Source: Dimorphilus gyrociliatus
Lineage: Eukaryota; Animalia; Annelida
Length of the DNA: 60,323 nucleotides
Reading direction: 5' to 3'
Assembly (NCBI GenBank): GCA_904063045.1
Contig: CAJFCJ010000066.1
Location: forward strand, 64,131 to 124,453
The notes under the pieces are model-generated. The model ran no database searches. It was given only the letters and a program-made list of their open reading frames with translations, and had not been told where the DNA came from. How positions within the stretch are numbered: position 1 is the stretch's first letter; each line of letters opens with the position of its first letter. Shown one piece after another: positions 12,121 through 25,441 of the stretch. A program made the position numbers and the translations under genes.

Positions 12121-15100
12121 CAGCTAGCCAAGATGGCAACTCCAATAGAAAAGAATTGGCATTGGATGATGGTATTTTCAAGAATATGGTAGAAAACGGC
12201 CAGAGTTGAAAATGGACAGAGCTCAGTTGAAAACGGCCAGAGCTATGATTGAAAACCGCCAGAACTCTGATTGAAAAAGGCCAAAGACCTAGTTTTATAT
12301 AAAAAATTATAATTATAAATAAATAATAATATTGATTATTCTAAATGATAAGAATAGTTTGAAGATATATATTTAATGAAAATGAAACAACATTAAAACA
12401 AATATAAAAAAGAGAAACTACTAAAAGTAACAACTTGAACTAAAAATATCTAATGTGAAAAATATATTTTTGAACAATTTTCCAAAATCTGAGGTGCTGT
12501 TATTTCACCATTTTTAAATTTCTCCCAAGTATCAAATATTTCTTTTTGGACATTTAAATAGATTTTTTTCTGTAATCTCTTCAATTTCTTTTCAGAAAGC
12601 AGCTGTTGACAAATTGGAATGAGATCAGCCTCTCTTTTCAGCTCATCTATCAGATTGTAAAAAGACTTGGACTTGCCCATATTTATATTCAATCTATTGT
12701 GGAATCCCTCAGCATCATTATTTGTTCTGATAGGAGATTCATATGCTGACCAAGATGATGGTGTCCACAGACTATCTTCAATCCAAGTAGCCTCAATATA
12801 GTTAACGAGATCCTCCAATTTCTGGATTGCTTTCAAATGTTGTTTTATTTTATGAAATTCATTTGGAATAACATCAGCAGGTAAGAATGGTAATGCCAAT
12901 AGCTTTTTCATTTCAGTCCATTGTCCAGTATGGCTTTTATATTCAGCAGAATAACCCAATTCCTAGAAAATCCAAAAGAAAATTAGTTTTTTAAGAAAAT
13001 ATTAAACACAAAAAAATTATGCACTTGAATCTTTCTGAAAACTGCCCGAGTCCAGTGAAAGAGACAGCCTTTTACTTCAGCATCTGGATAATGCTTTTGT
13101 AAATTCTTCCAAACTGCTCTTTCAAAATCTACCAATATTTTCTTTGGTGATTTGTCAGGAATCAATTTTTTTACAGCCTGAAGAAATATTTGTAGACTTT
13201 TTTCAAAATAGTATTTAAAGTATACCTTAAATAAAAGAGAATAACAGACTTGTTAGAAGAGGAACTTGTTTAAGCACACCATCTTTTTTCAGGAATGAGT
13301 GAATGGAAAACAGCTGTTTGAAGGGAGGATTTACAACTTTGAAAGTTCCATCTAAAAACCACATCTTTGCAGAAGATAGCAATTGCATTTGGTGATGAGT
13401 TCCAAAAATTATTATTCTCTCATCTTTTTTCTGAATATCCTCTCTGAAAAATCCATTTGGAATAAATGTAAAATTTAGCAGAAAAGCTATTGATTCTGGT
13501 TCCTTTGGTCTATTTTTCCTCCTTTGATAGTTAACAATTGCTTTTGATGTAGATATTTTTGGAAAATTGGACACATTTTCATTTTGCAGATATGAGTCTT
13601 CTACTATTCTTTTGCTGCTTACATTTAAATCCTTATTTGCTCTTTCTCTTATATTGATTTTCATTTCTGTGATTTTTTCCAAATTTGGTGTTGGAGGATG
13701 AATGTGTTGTTTGAAGCCTATTTGGCAATTACCCTTATATTCATTTATACTTCCAGGACACTTTTTGTTTTTATTTCTCACACTGCATCTCCATATTCTG
13801 AAGTGCTCTCCACATCCTTTTATTGTATATGAAAAGCCATTGTGAATCATTAATGGTTTTCCTTTTTGGCTTCCATTCTTGAAAATTTTAAATGCTCCAT
13901 CATCATCTAAATTTGCTTCATCCATTATGTCTTCAAAAGAGCTTTCTATATGATTTTGAGCATTAAATCCATTATTAACATCTTCTTGTACTATATCAGT
14001 TGTCATACATTCCTCTTCATGGTCAACTTCCATCATATTTTCATTCTCCAGAACAGAATTTAGGATTTCACAATGACTTGTTTGTATTTCGTCTTCCAAT
14101 TGAAATGCAGTAACAACATCTTCTGTCATGCTCTCTTCTGCCATTATTTTATCAGAAGTGCAAGCTTGGTTGTCCACCTCCATTGCAGTGTTTTTTTCAA
14201 CTTCTGGTTGTTGAAAAAGAATGGAGATGTCATCATGTTTGTTCAAAACAACTTTTAATTGATGTTTGTTGATTGTTGTACACATTGAGCAAAAACCATC
14301 TAAAACACAACTTTTAAAAGTTTAAAAAAACTAATGAAGTCTTACCTCTTAAACATTTCAAGTGAAATATTTTCTTGCATAGACTGCATATGCATTCATA
14401 TTTTTTATATATTTTTGTTTAGCAAGAATAGCAAGAAGGAGCCATTTTGAAAGTGGTCTCATATAAAGTAGAACTTTCTGTGGAAATGCAATCAAAAATT
14501 TTCTGAAAAAAAGTGATGACAAGAACAAAATTAGTTCTTTTTAAATATAAAATAAATAACCCCCTATTATGGCCATTATACATGTTTAAATTATCAAATT
14601 TATGAATGTTACCTAATGGTTTCAAACAGAAATAGTTTCAGTGAAATATATACATTTTACAAAAGAAAACTGGTATATTATTTTAGTTGTGACATTATCA
14701 CTCACAAACTTTTAATTATGTGAAGGTTTTGAGCAGTTAAAAATAATATAATTAAATACTAAAAATATCTACATTATTAAATAAAACAATAAGTAGCATC
14801 TAAGTCTTTTTTTTAACATTTATTTTTATCAGTATCTATATAAAACTAGGTTTTTGGCCGTTTTCAATCAGAGTTCTGGCCGTTTTCAATCATAGCTCTG
14901 GCCGTTTTCAACTGAGCTCTGGCCGTTTTCAACTCTGGCCGTTTTCAATCCTGGCCGTTTTCTACTGGTCCCTATTTTCAAACAGCTATTTCATCAGGAC
15001 AATCAGAATTTTAAATACTATAAGTCATTCAATGTCAAATATTTCATTTTTGACTAGTATTGAAGACACTAATCCTAATAACATCAATTCTTTCACATTG

Positions 15101-15319
15101 TGCAATCAAGGTTCAATTGGTTCAAAGCAATCTCTAACTGTTGATTGTTCAAATGGGCCACAATGTTCAAAATTGACTGTTATTAAACTTGAATCAGTCA
15201 ATGAACAATTAATTATATGGGAAATTGAAATATGGACCATGAGAGATATTGATAGAATTAAACTCAGTATCTTGGAACTAGGCTCAGCACAAAATAAAAA
15301 TTTTCTCATTGGAGAGTAA
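12121..15319 (+). pseudogene. F-type-lectin-like exon split by the MULE insertion
   Basis: Joining 12121-12180 to 14981 onward gives a continuous frame: QLAKMATPIEKNWHWMMVFS|NSYFIRTIRILNTISHSMSNISF...LCNQG..TVDCSNGPQCSKLTV...LIIWEIEIW. It runs in frame into ORF 15032-15319. Confidence 0.65.
12181..14972 (-). mobile_element. Mutator-like (MULE) DNA transposon, 2792 bp, intron-containing FLYWCH-DDE transposase, degenerate
   Basis: 8-bp TSD TATTTTCA at 12173-80 and 14973-80. TIRs of ~110-125 bp are built from TTGAAAACGGCCAG repeats. FLYWCH (HNGFSY..WRCS..C..HIH), WFLDGTFK, VDFE, CLFHW and RTNNDAEGFHN occur in ORFs 13227-14285, 12983-13165 and 12450-12959. Confidence 0.95.
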
Positions 15320-16001
15320 ATAATCAAAAATTGATCAAAACTAATTAATAATGTATTTCCAGATATAAAAATGACTGAAAATGTCATTATAACACCTAAA
15401 ATTAGACACAAAAAAATTATTATAAATGATTGCCAAAAATGAATTTTTCAGGAAAATTGATTTGAAGATTTTGGCAAAGATTTATAATTCTTTTTTATTA
15501 TAACAGCTTCTCAAATGTAGATATGATCTATGCAAACATTGGGAAAATATATTCCTGTTTTAAACAAATAATGAAAAATATTATTTCAAATCTTGTTGTT
15601 TCATGCATTCGAAAATATTTTCAACAGTGATCCCATTACTACTGCTTAATTATTCAAAGGGAAAATAATGACAGAAGAAGTGGAAGAGAACAAAATCAGT
15701 TTTGTAATGAAAATATGAATAGCATTGATAATTAATTCTATTGCATAAATACTTTAACTTCTCAGCACATGTACAGAGCTCTGATTGGTCAAAACCATTA
15801 TTTAACCATCACAGTCAAATTTAAATTATAAATAAAAGAAAACAAGTCAATGATTAATAAACAAGGTTTTACTTAAAAGGTTCTGTTTCAAAAGTTTCAC
15901 TGTTGTAAGCTTGAAAGAGAGGAAACTAAGCATTGTTCAAAAATTAATTAAAATATAGAGTAGAAATAAAAAAAAATGTGTATTTAATAGTCTTCAAACT
16001 A

Positions 16002-17300
16002 TTAGATGCGATCTGTATATTGTAGACGTTTTGCTGTAATTTTTTAATGGGTTAACTAATAGTATTGATACTTTCCAAATATATTACTTAATCTGTTAGC
16101 TTTCCTTGTGAAAACTTTCACCCTACTCTGTCAAGCCATTACAAAATTATTTTGGTGCAAGCAACTGTTAGTCATGCCTACACATTCTGATCAACAAAAA
16201 ATTATTTCATTTTTAGTACATGAGAAGGCCTCTCCAAAGAACATTCACACACAGTTAAAAAGCTATTGTGGTGATGAAACTCTGAGTGAAGGTTCAGTAA
16301 GAAGGTGGGTTATTAATATAAAAAAGGGAAGAAAAAACCTTGAAGATTTGCCAAGATGTGGCCATCAAAGAGGTTGACAAGCTTGTCAGACAAGATTAAA
16401 CCATATCTCAGAGAGCATTTGCCAAAAAATTAGAAAACAGTCAAGAGGCTGTTGGGAAGATGATTAAGGAGCTGGGGTACAGAAAAATTTGTGCTAAATG
16501 GATCCCCTATGATCTCAATCAGGATCAAAAAGAGTTGAGGGTGAGTCATTGTGTGAAGCTACTCCAAAGATACACAGCAGAAAAAGAAGCATTTTTGGAA
16601 AAAATTGTTACTGGAGATGAATCTTGGGTTCATCTTTATGATCCTGAATCAAAGAGGGCTTCTTTAACATATAAGCACACTTCATCTCCACCTGAAAAAA
16701 AGCTAAAAATGGCTAAATCAGCAGAAAAACTTATGTGCACCATTTTCTGGGACTGCTCAGGTTTAATCCATGTTGAATTCATGGATTATGGTGAAACAGT
16801 CAACTCCATCCAGTATGTGGAGACCCTGAAGAGATTAAGAAAGAGACTGCATAGGATAAGGCCTGGAAAACAGATCATTTTACAACATGATAATGCCAGA
16901 CCCCATACCAGTCTATATACAACAGATTTTATGATGAATCAGGGATGGTCTATATGTCCACATCCCCCATGCAGCCCTGATTTGGCTCCATCTGACTATT
17001 ACTTGTTTGGATGACTAAAAGATCATATCAGGGGAGTTGACTATGATAATTTAGATGAGCTAAAAAAGGATATCAGGGAATTTCTGAGGAGAAAACCATC
17101 TTCCTTTTATCGGAACAGCATTGACTTACTACCATCCAAATGGCAGACGTGTATAAACAATGGGGGGGACTATTAAAAACTCAAATAGTTAATTTCTATA
17201 GAGTAGACTATAGGCTATGACATTAAACAAATATTATTCAAATTAGTTTACTATTAGAGCTAAAAATATAAAACGTCTACAATATACAGATCACACCAAA
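16002..17300 (+). mobile_element. Mariner (DD34D) element, 1299 bp, defective transposase
   Basis: TA TSDs at 16000-01 and 17301-02. 31-bp TIR TT(A/T)G(A/G)TG(C/T)GATCTGTATATTGTAGACGTTTT. Motifs KWIPYDL, TGDESW, HDNARPH and HPPCSPDLAPSD with 34-residue spacing. Frameshift at ~16370, premature TGA at 17012-14, natural stop at ~17175. Confidence 0.95.
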
Positions 17301-17962
17301 TATATTACAAATACATATACTATTCAAATGACTCATAATGTTTGTAAAATTAAAAAAATTTTCAAATGAATGATCTGTTACCATGCAATTCAATGCTAAA
17401 ATTTAAAAATTATAAACTGTTTCAATTTTGAAAAATTCGAAAAATTTTTAAGCTCAGAACAATATGAAAGATACTTAATAAAACTATTTCAGAAAAGATA
17501 TTGACTTTCGCCAGAAGTGTTAATGAATTAGCTCATTTGGTGCTTGTTGACATAGAAAGTTCATAACTGAGATGTTTCAAGGCTAGATTTTTGGTTGAAA
17601 ACTGGCTAGGAAGAATAAGACAACTGCTTTTTTGTGTTTATGAGGGTTAAAGGCATTGAACAAAGTAATGGAAAGACAAGGGTTGGGTTACTGGAAGAAA
17701 CACAAACAAGACAATTTTCCAACAACAAACCAAAGTTTAAAAATGTTTTTAACCAGGATATCAAGGTTACTAGATTTCTATAACTATAATTGAAGAACTG
17801 CTAATCGATTATATTGTTGACATTTTTCTCCAGATCCATAAAACTTTTATGCATTTCTAAAAATTTCAAATGATCAACATTTTGAGATATGCAATTCTCT
17901 TTTATTCAAAGCAATTTAAACAGCATAAAAAAGTAAGCATTTTATTAATTTTTGAAAATCAT

Positions 17963-20453
17963 CTAAAGTATACTTTTTGACCTTTGAAGAAATTTTCTAA
18001 GAATATTTCCAAGAATGAGTACATCATGCCTTTCAGAAGTGCAAGTTTTTACTTTGATTTTTGTTAAATTCAATTTGTATGTATTACTTTTTTTCTGTTG
18101 TTGTTGCTATATTTAAAATAATAAAAAGAGACATTTGTTCAAAAACCTGATACAGAATGGACTCCAGAGTAACATTTTCATCAAATGAATAATTGTGATC
18201 ATTGAAAAATACTAAACAATGAAATATTCTCTCAATGCATTTCCTTATATGTTGATAACTTTTAAAGATTTTAAAATCTGTCTGTGTGCTCAATAACTCA
18301 TAATTTTCATTCAAGTTAGAACTAATTATTGCATATTTAAAGCATTTGTTTGTAAATTCTGTAGCTAAAAAGAAGGGAAAAATAGTTTTTTTTTTGATAT
18401 GTTGAAAAGTATTAATCAAATATACAAAGCTTTAATACTTCTTCCCTAATTTTAACTTCCATTGACAATCTGAAAGAAATTTTAAATAGAAATGTTGAAA
18501 AAAAGTAGTTATTTTAGTCATAGAAAAAAATAGATTTATTTGTTTTAACTTACTTTTCCTTTAGTGATAATTCTTTCAAAGTTTGAACATATTGAAAAAA
18601 TTTATTTGAATAGAATATAAATGGATTTATTATGGAATTGAATAATAGAAAAATGGATAGTAATAATGTATTGATTTCATGTTTTATTCTGATATCAGTG
18701 AAGATTGATAATATTCCTAAAAGAAAAAAGACAATGAAAGATGGATTACAAGACAGAGAGAGAGAGAGAGTATCTATATGTTTTTATCATTCAATCACTC
18801 TTTTTTTCTCTTCCCTTACCAACCTAACGCTGAAACTAGTTGCCATATAAATATATTTGAAAATGATAACATAAATAAACTTCTTCGAATTGATCTCCTT
18901 CCCGACTTTATAGCACTCAATGTTTTGACCTCTTTAGCTATATGCCTAACTTTTAGATAAAGAATTAATACAATAAGTTTAGATGCTGGTATCAATACAC
19001 TGAATAGAGTGAAAATGATAAACCATTCACCCTTGAAGCTCATCCTGACATATAAATGAAAACATACTGAGGTATCAGTAAACATTTCCTTAAATGATGA
19101 AAATACAAAGATTTAAAAAAGTATTGATCGAAATAATGTTTGTACTTGAAAGCCAAAGGAAATTGTTATTCCTATCAATATGCAAATTAGTGCTGAACAT
19201 GTTGACAGTAATTTTGAATGTTTGGCACAGAATGGTTTAGCAAATGGTTTGCTCATAGCCTGATATCTTTCAATTGTAATTAATAGCATACTTATAGATG
19301 ACATTAGCAATGACACAATCATAATTGGTCCAAGGAATCTACAAGTTGGACTATACCTCCAAATCTCATCATTTTTCATGTATAATTCACCAAAATATGT
19401 GTCAAATATGACAATAATAAAAGCATAAATTGCTGTTAATAACATCCCAATTGAGTAAAAGAGATGGAAATATTTTGATTGTAAATGTTTAGAGGAAAAA
19501 ATGACTATAATTGAGAAAAAATGTCCCAAAATACCAAAAAAAGAAATTATCCAAAATATAAAACGTGTTGAATTGAAATTAATTAAATTTGAACATGTTT
19601 TATACAAGTTTAAATTGAATTTACAATCAATATTTTTATTATTGTATTGCCATAAATGGCAACATAAATTTATATAATTTGTCCATACTTTTTGAACATT
19701 TTTTAATCCTTCAGCAATAGTTGCAGCTGAAAATCTTGGTAAATTTGTAAAACTTAAATCAATTTTACCAAGATATTTTTCAAATTGTTTAAATGATAAT
19801 TTTTCAATTAATTTTATATTACACTTTCTCATTTTTAAAATTTTCAAATATTTTAAAAATTTAAACTCTTCTAATAAAATTGTGTCAATTTTTGTTGAAG
19901 AAATATCAAGATACAGTAAATTATTAGCATTTAATATCTTCATGAATTTCACATTTTTTATAGGATTATTAGATAAGTCAAGATGTTTTAACATTTTTAA
20001 ACTTGATATAAACACTTTTGAAGTATTCCATGAATTTGAGTGAAAATTATCAAACTTTAGATAAATTACATTGGGAAATAGTTTTGAAGTGAAATTATCA
20101 GATGTAATCCCATTGAAAATTGTTAAATTTAATAGATTTATAGACTTTTCCAGATTATTACTATGCAATACACCTTCAATAACAATCCTTTTATAAATTA
20201 TATCCAAAATTGCAGATGGTTGAGCAACATTAAATTTACATTTTATAGTAAAAGGTGAAGGTTCAAAGCAATTTTTTATTGTTCTATTTGAATTTTTAAA
20301 TTCATCACAAAGTATTTCATCATTTCCATATAAACAATCAACAATACCATTGCAAACTTTTTTGTTAAGTAAGAAACGTTTTTCATTACTACATTTAAAG
20401 AATCCATTTGGTTGGAATACATCTTTAAAGAACAGGTAAAATGAGGTTGCTTA

Positions 20454-20493
<40 letters not shown>

Positions 20494-23400
20494 GGTAGAC
20501 TGGATACATGCCCACACACACATTCATTCATACATATTCTCTATCTGTATCTCTTTCCTTCCCTTTTCACTCTCTCTATCAACTATGATATAAATTTCAC
20601 CAACCACAATCTGTTTCATCATCGCCAAGAGGACAATGATTGATACCATCACAGATCTGCTCAATTGAAATACAATAGTTTAATCTATAGCAGCTGTATT
20701 CACCAAAGTTGCAGGTGATGTTATGGCATTGGTATTGCTTGAATAGGTTTGTCTTTGCATATCCTAATGAATTATAATATAAAAAGCACAACTCTTCTTG
20801 TCCAAATATTAATGTTATTTGTTTAAAATATTCGCTATTTTCATCAGATTTGTCTTGGCAATCATATTTTCCATCATTAAAAATCCAACTTGGTCTGCAC
20901 TGATTATCACAAAAATATTGTCCACGGAGGGAACAATCTGAATAATTTAGTTCTGTTCATTGTTTTTAAGCTTGAAATTATTTTATGAAAAAAAGTTACA
21001 TTCCTCTAACTTGTTTTTGAAATTGAAAGTTGATTAGGAAGATCTTCATCACTATAATCAAAACAGTTACGCTCATTATCCCAAAATTTCATTGTGTTAA
21101 TACATTGTCCATTTAAACAAGATTTTTCTCTTTATTTTTATAGTTGTTGTTTTAAAAATGGGCAAATAAGGTTGAAAATCAAGATAAAGGTTAATAAAAA
21201 AAAAACTTACCCATAGTCACAATCTTTGTATTCTATGATGTTTTAAAAGTAGTTAGCAGGGACAAACAAAAAACCATATAAAGCAACAATTGATTACTTA
21301 CCACAATTGATCTCGTCAGATTTGTCTAAACAGTCATAAATATGATTACAAACTAATAGAATAGAAATATATTGATCATTTGATGAACACAAGTAGATTG
21401 GGAAATGATCATTTTCACAATTGATTTCATCTTCAGACGAGAGACAATCATGTATTCCATCGCACACATTCGCAACATTGATAAAAATATCATCTTCTTT
21501 ACAAAAAAACAATTGATATCTTTGAAAAAGTGTTTCAATTCCAAGATTTTCTTGATGCAGAATAATTTTAACAACTGCATTGAAATTCATTAGAAATTCA
21601 ATTTTAATTAATTTCAATGAATCAATTTACAATGTCTAACTTTGATTTTGTGGTTTTTGACAAATAATCCATTTAAGATTAAAATCAGAACATTGAATAA
21701 GATATTCCTTTAAAGCACCTGATCCTTGACTTAAAAAAAGTATTGTCTAATTTAGTTTGTATAATTTTTAAAATAATAAAAATATTTTTCCAACAATTTA
21801 TATTCAGGTTCGTTACAAAATTTTATCTTGTAGTATTGCTTAATTTCTCTTAGTTCGAAACATTTTGTACATAATTGTTTGTTAGATTTTGAATAATTTG
21901 TATAAAAGAGATGACTATTTCTATTACTCTGTATATGTTGGGTATGTTGAGTTCTTAATCCTATTATTGGGAAATCTAGTGATGTTTTTGACATTGATAC
22001 AAATCTCTCTCTATATATATCATTTGTTATTCTATAGACTTAGTGAATAAAGATAAATTGAAGATATTGTAAGAGATAAGAGGGGAAAAGATACAAAATT
22101 AATAAAACTTACATCCATGAATACTATTGCGCAATGTAATTGACAAAACATTCTTTGAATAATCTTGTAGGTGTGTTAAAACTTGGAATTTTTTTGCTGT
22201 TGGATAGTCAGCTATTGTCAAATTTCTATCAGAGCAAAATGATTCTATTCCATGAGCTGTTTGCACTGAATTATATAGTAGAATGTAATAGCAAGTGTCA
22301 TCTATTATAACAACATTGTCAAATTCTGAACAATCATGAACTTTCACAACAGATCTTGAACATTCAATAGAAAGACGATTTTCCTTTTCATATACTCTGT
22401 TTTTGTTAGAAAAGGGAAAACAAAACAATGTGTACATTTTGAGTATTTGAAATATCAAGTTTTCTTTACATTGTTCTACTTGGAAGACATTCTTGAATAT
22501 TTGAAGAATTTCTCAAACATTTAAATATTTTCATATGAAGAAATGATGTTTTTGCTTTATTTGTCTCAGTGATTACTGTTCCATAATTAAATCCAAGAAA
22601 CTTGCAAATTTTTTGTACAGTATAATATGACATATATGAAAATTGAATATATATATTTCCTATTAGATAGTGAAATTCTCCTAGAAATTTTTGAAAATTT
22701 CCATTGCTGTCATTTATATAAATATATGCTTTGGAACTTCTATTGTATAATAAAGCTGCTTTATCTTTTTTTTTAAATAAAAATTTTGAAAATTTAAAAT
22801 AAGGAAATGATTTTTTTTGTCAATATTTACCATCCTTTCTCCTTGGCAGACATTTTACATTTAAATATCTTTGGTCACGTAAGTCATTTTTCATAGTTGG
22901 ATGTATGATGCAATCATATATAAAACTTTTAGAAATGTGACAATTTCCAATATGGGGTATATTGAAAATTTTCTAAAAGTAAAGTATATTTCTATATTTT
23001 TGACAAATGAGTAGATCCATATTTGTCTACAATTGCTCTACCTTTAAAACCTTTAGTCCATTATTTTTATATTTGGTGCCAATTATGTGTGTCATATTCA
23101 ACTTACCACAAATAAAAGAGGATATATGCATTTTCTCTAAAAGTGACATATTTTTTTCTTTAAACAAATATGTTGGTGGAATTATTCCATATGTTTTTGT
23201 TTTGATAAATAATGCTTCCAACTTTTTAGTTGTCTTGTTTAAATTTAAATTTCTCTTTACAATAACAATTTCTATTAAAAATTATATATTTGAAGAACTA
23301 AATCAATTACAAATCAACTACTATTGAAACAAAATAAAAAACCAAACCATTTAAATCTGAATAGGAACATTCAACATTTTTGAACAATTCATTTTTTTCA

Positions 23401-25441
23401 TTGCTCAATTTGTACCCATTACTTTTTGTAAAATGGACAAACACTTTTTGATGAATATTAAATTTATCTATAGGCTTTTTAATTGAAATTGCTGAATTGG
23501 CACAAAGGATTTTTCTGTTAATTGCTGAACTATAAATATAAAATGAAGTGAAATTTATTCTGATCAATAATATATAAACATTCAGTGATTTTTCCATGCC
23601 AATTATATCTGTGTGAGTATAGAATTTTTCCTTGTTAGGAGAGTGCAGAAAAATGAAGAGAGAGAGAGAGAAAGTTCGTATCCTTTTCTAAGTTCTGTGA
23701 TATGTAGAGAAACATAATTACTATTGTTCTTGATTGTTTTGTCTCCTGGATACTATTCAACTGTGACTGTCTTTCGCTTGATTCATTCTCTCTTTCCTCT
23801 CTCCCTACCTAGCAATCTCACTCTACATTCTCTCTTTTTTTTCTCACTTACATGATACATTTCTTTGATAGCATCTCAAAATGACAATTTGGAATAATTT
23901 TTTTCCATCTTTAACCCTAAAATTCAATAGTTTATTTTTAGCTTTTTCTTCGACTCACAATGAAAAAGAAAACAATGAGGTAATCTTACAGTCTACATGG
24001 TTTTGTCATGCAGTTCTCATTTATCATATAAACATTCTCTTTTCCATCTTTATAACTAGGTATTGAATGTATTGGATCATATCCTAACTTTTTACACACT
24101 TCATTTGATGGATATCTTTTAAGATTAACAAACCAAATTTGAGTTTTTTTTAGAATTACTGCCAATTCTCCTTCAACAATTGCATGTTGTTCTTTTTTAT
24201 TAATTAATATAAATTCTGCCACATCAATAGGGAAAGAAGCTGAAGTCAACAATATTTAATTGTGTTTAACATTTATTAAGTAGAAATGTATTTTTTTAAA
24301 AAATTAACCATCTTCAATTTTACTACATTGGAGTCCAATTGTGTAGGCTTTTGACAGTTTACTTGTAGGAATAAGTTGACAATTGTGAATTGTTGAATTC
24401 TTCTTATGTTCACAGTTGGATAAGACAGGTATAATAGAATTTCCTATAAAATATTTCTTCACAATACAAGTTCCCTTTATCAGAAAAAGTGCAAATTCCT
24501 TGCAGACAATAGTACACATCATTTTGTAGTTCTCCTGATTACTAATAAATAGATATGATAAGCCATATGTCTTTGACTTAAGAACATATTTTTTTTCCCT
24601 GACAAAACCATGGTTAATTATTAAGTTAAACCTCATTTGTTCATCAGTCAGTTTGATTATTGATAGATCTCCTAAATCTCCATATGAACAAGAAAAATTA
24701 GTAGTTAAATTGCTTTTCTTAAAAGCAAAAGAATGTGAAATGTTTGATTGTTTATGTGGCAGCAATTCAAGTGAAATTTTTTCAATTTCTAGTCTTTTCT
24801 TCAATGTGTATATAAATTCAGTTTGTTTACAAAATGCCTTTGATGCAATTGAATTATTTTTAATAAGGAAATTTTTTTCATTAGCCCTTACAAATAATTC
24901 ATAATTATTTAAATTTGAAATTTGCTTGGTAAAAAAATCTAATAAAAAATATATTACTATAAAAAATAAATTCCTAAGGGAAAAAAAGTTTTACATTGTG
25001 AATTTTTTATTATACACTTTAACCATAATCCTCGATTTTTATACGATCCTGCACGGTAACTAAATTAAAAGAATAAAAAAGTTTGGTTTTCATTAAATGT
25101 TTATAAAGTAATTTGTTTTTCTCTTACATTGCGCAACATTTTCCATTGAGTGCTATAGCTGTAAAAGGTTGAGCTCTTGGTGACTTTATTTTATAAACTG
25201 TTCCACTTGAGAAAAATGAGCTATAGCCAAGATGTTTGCAATACAAATTAGTCAGTTCAACATCTTTATTTTCTCTACTAAAAACATGCGAATATTCGCC
25301 TTCAGATTTTACATAAAGTATTCCTTCAATGTAAATTCCATTAACGGAAGCGGAATGTAAATACATTTCAAATTTATCATATTTTTTAGAATTTACAAAT
25401 AAATGTATGATATAGAACATTTTAAGAAAAATTAAAATCAT
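17963..25441 (-). CDS. Multi-exon SRCR(x~4)-C-type lectin-LDLa(x~6-7)-LRR-7TM GPCR (GRL101/LGR-like, copy B) with kinase-C-lobe-like tail
   Basis: Signal-like MILIFLKMFYIIHLFVNS at 25441. SRCR-like exons: GILYVK..YCKHLGY, VCKKLGY, VCKEFAL..NC..HNC..GLQC, ICGKLNM. CTL-like CYYILL..FCSDRNLTIADYP (22099-22458). LDLa exons at 20250-21620. LRR+TM1-4 at 19113-20207 (ITIERY), TM5-6 at 18830-19085, TM7 NSIINPFIFY at ~18600-18745. Tail exons run to TAG 17965-63 via a 40-nt intron at 18146-18107. Some junctions show frame conflicts, and single-gene continuity is inferred. Confidence 0.75.
20454..20492. repeat. Compound (TG)n(AG)n microsatellite, intronic in GPCR B
   Basis: tgtgtgtgtgtgtgtgagagagagagagagagagagaga is directly visible. 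Confidence 0.95.

Noticed and set aside
15106-15411. Minus-strand 101-aa ORF
   Set aside because: It is antisense to the lectin-like exon and has low-complexity hydrophobic composition.
23007-23327. Plus-strand hydrophobic ORFs here and at 24653-24904 and 38881-39069
   Set aside because: They are antisense to SRCR or AChBP exons and are expected by chance in AT-rich DNA.
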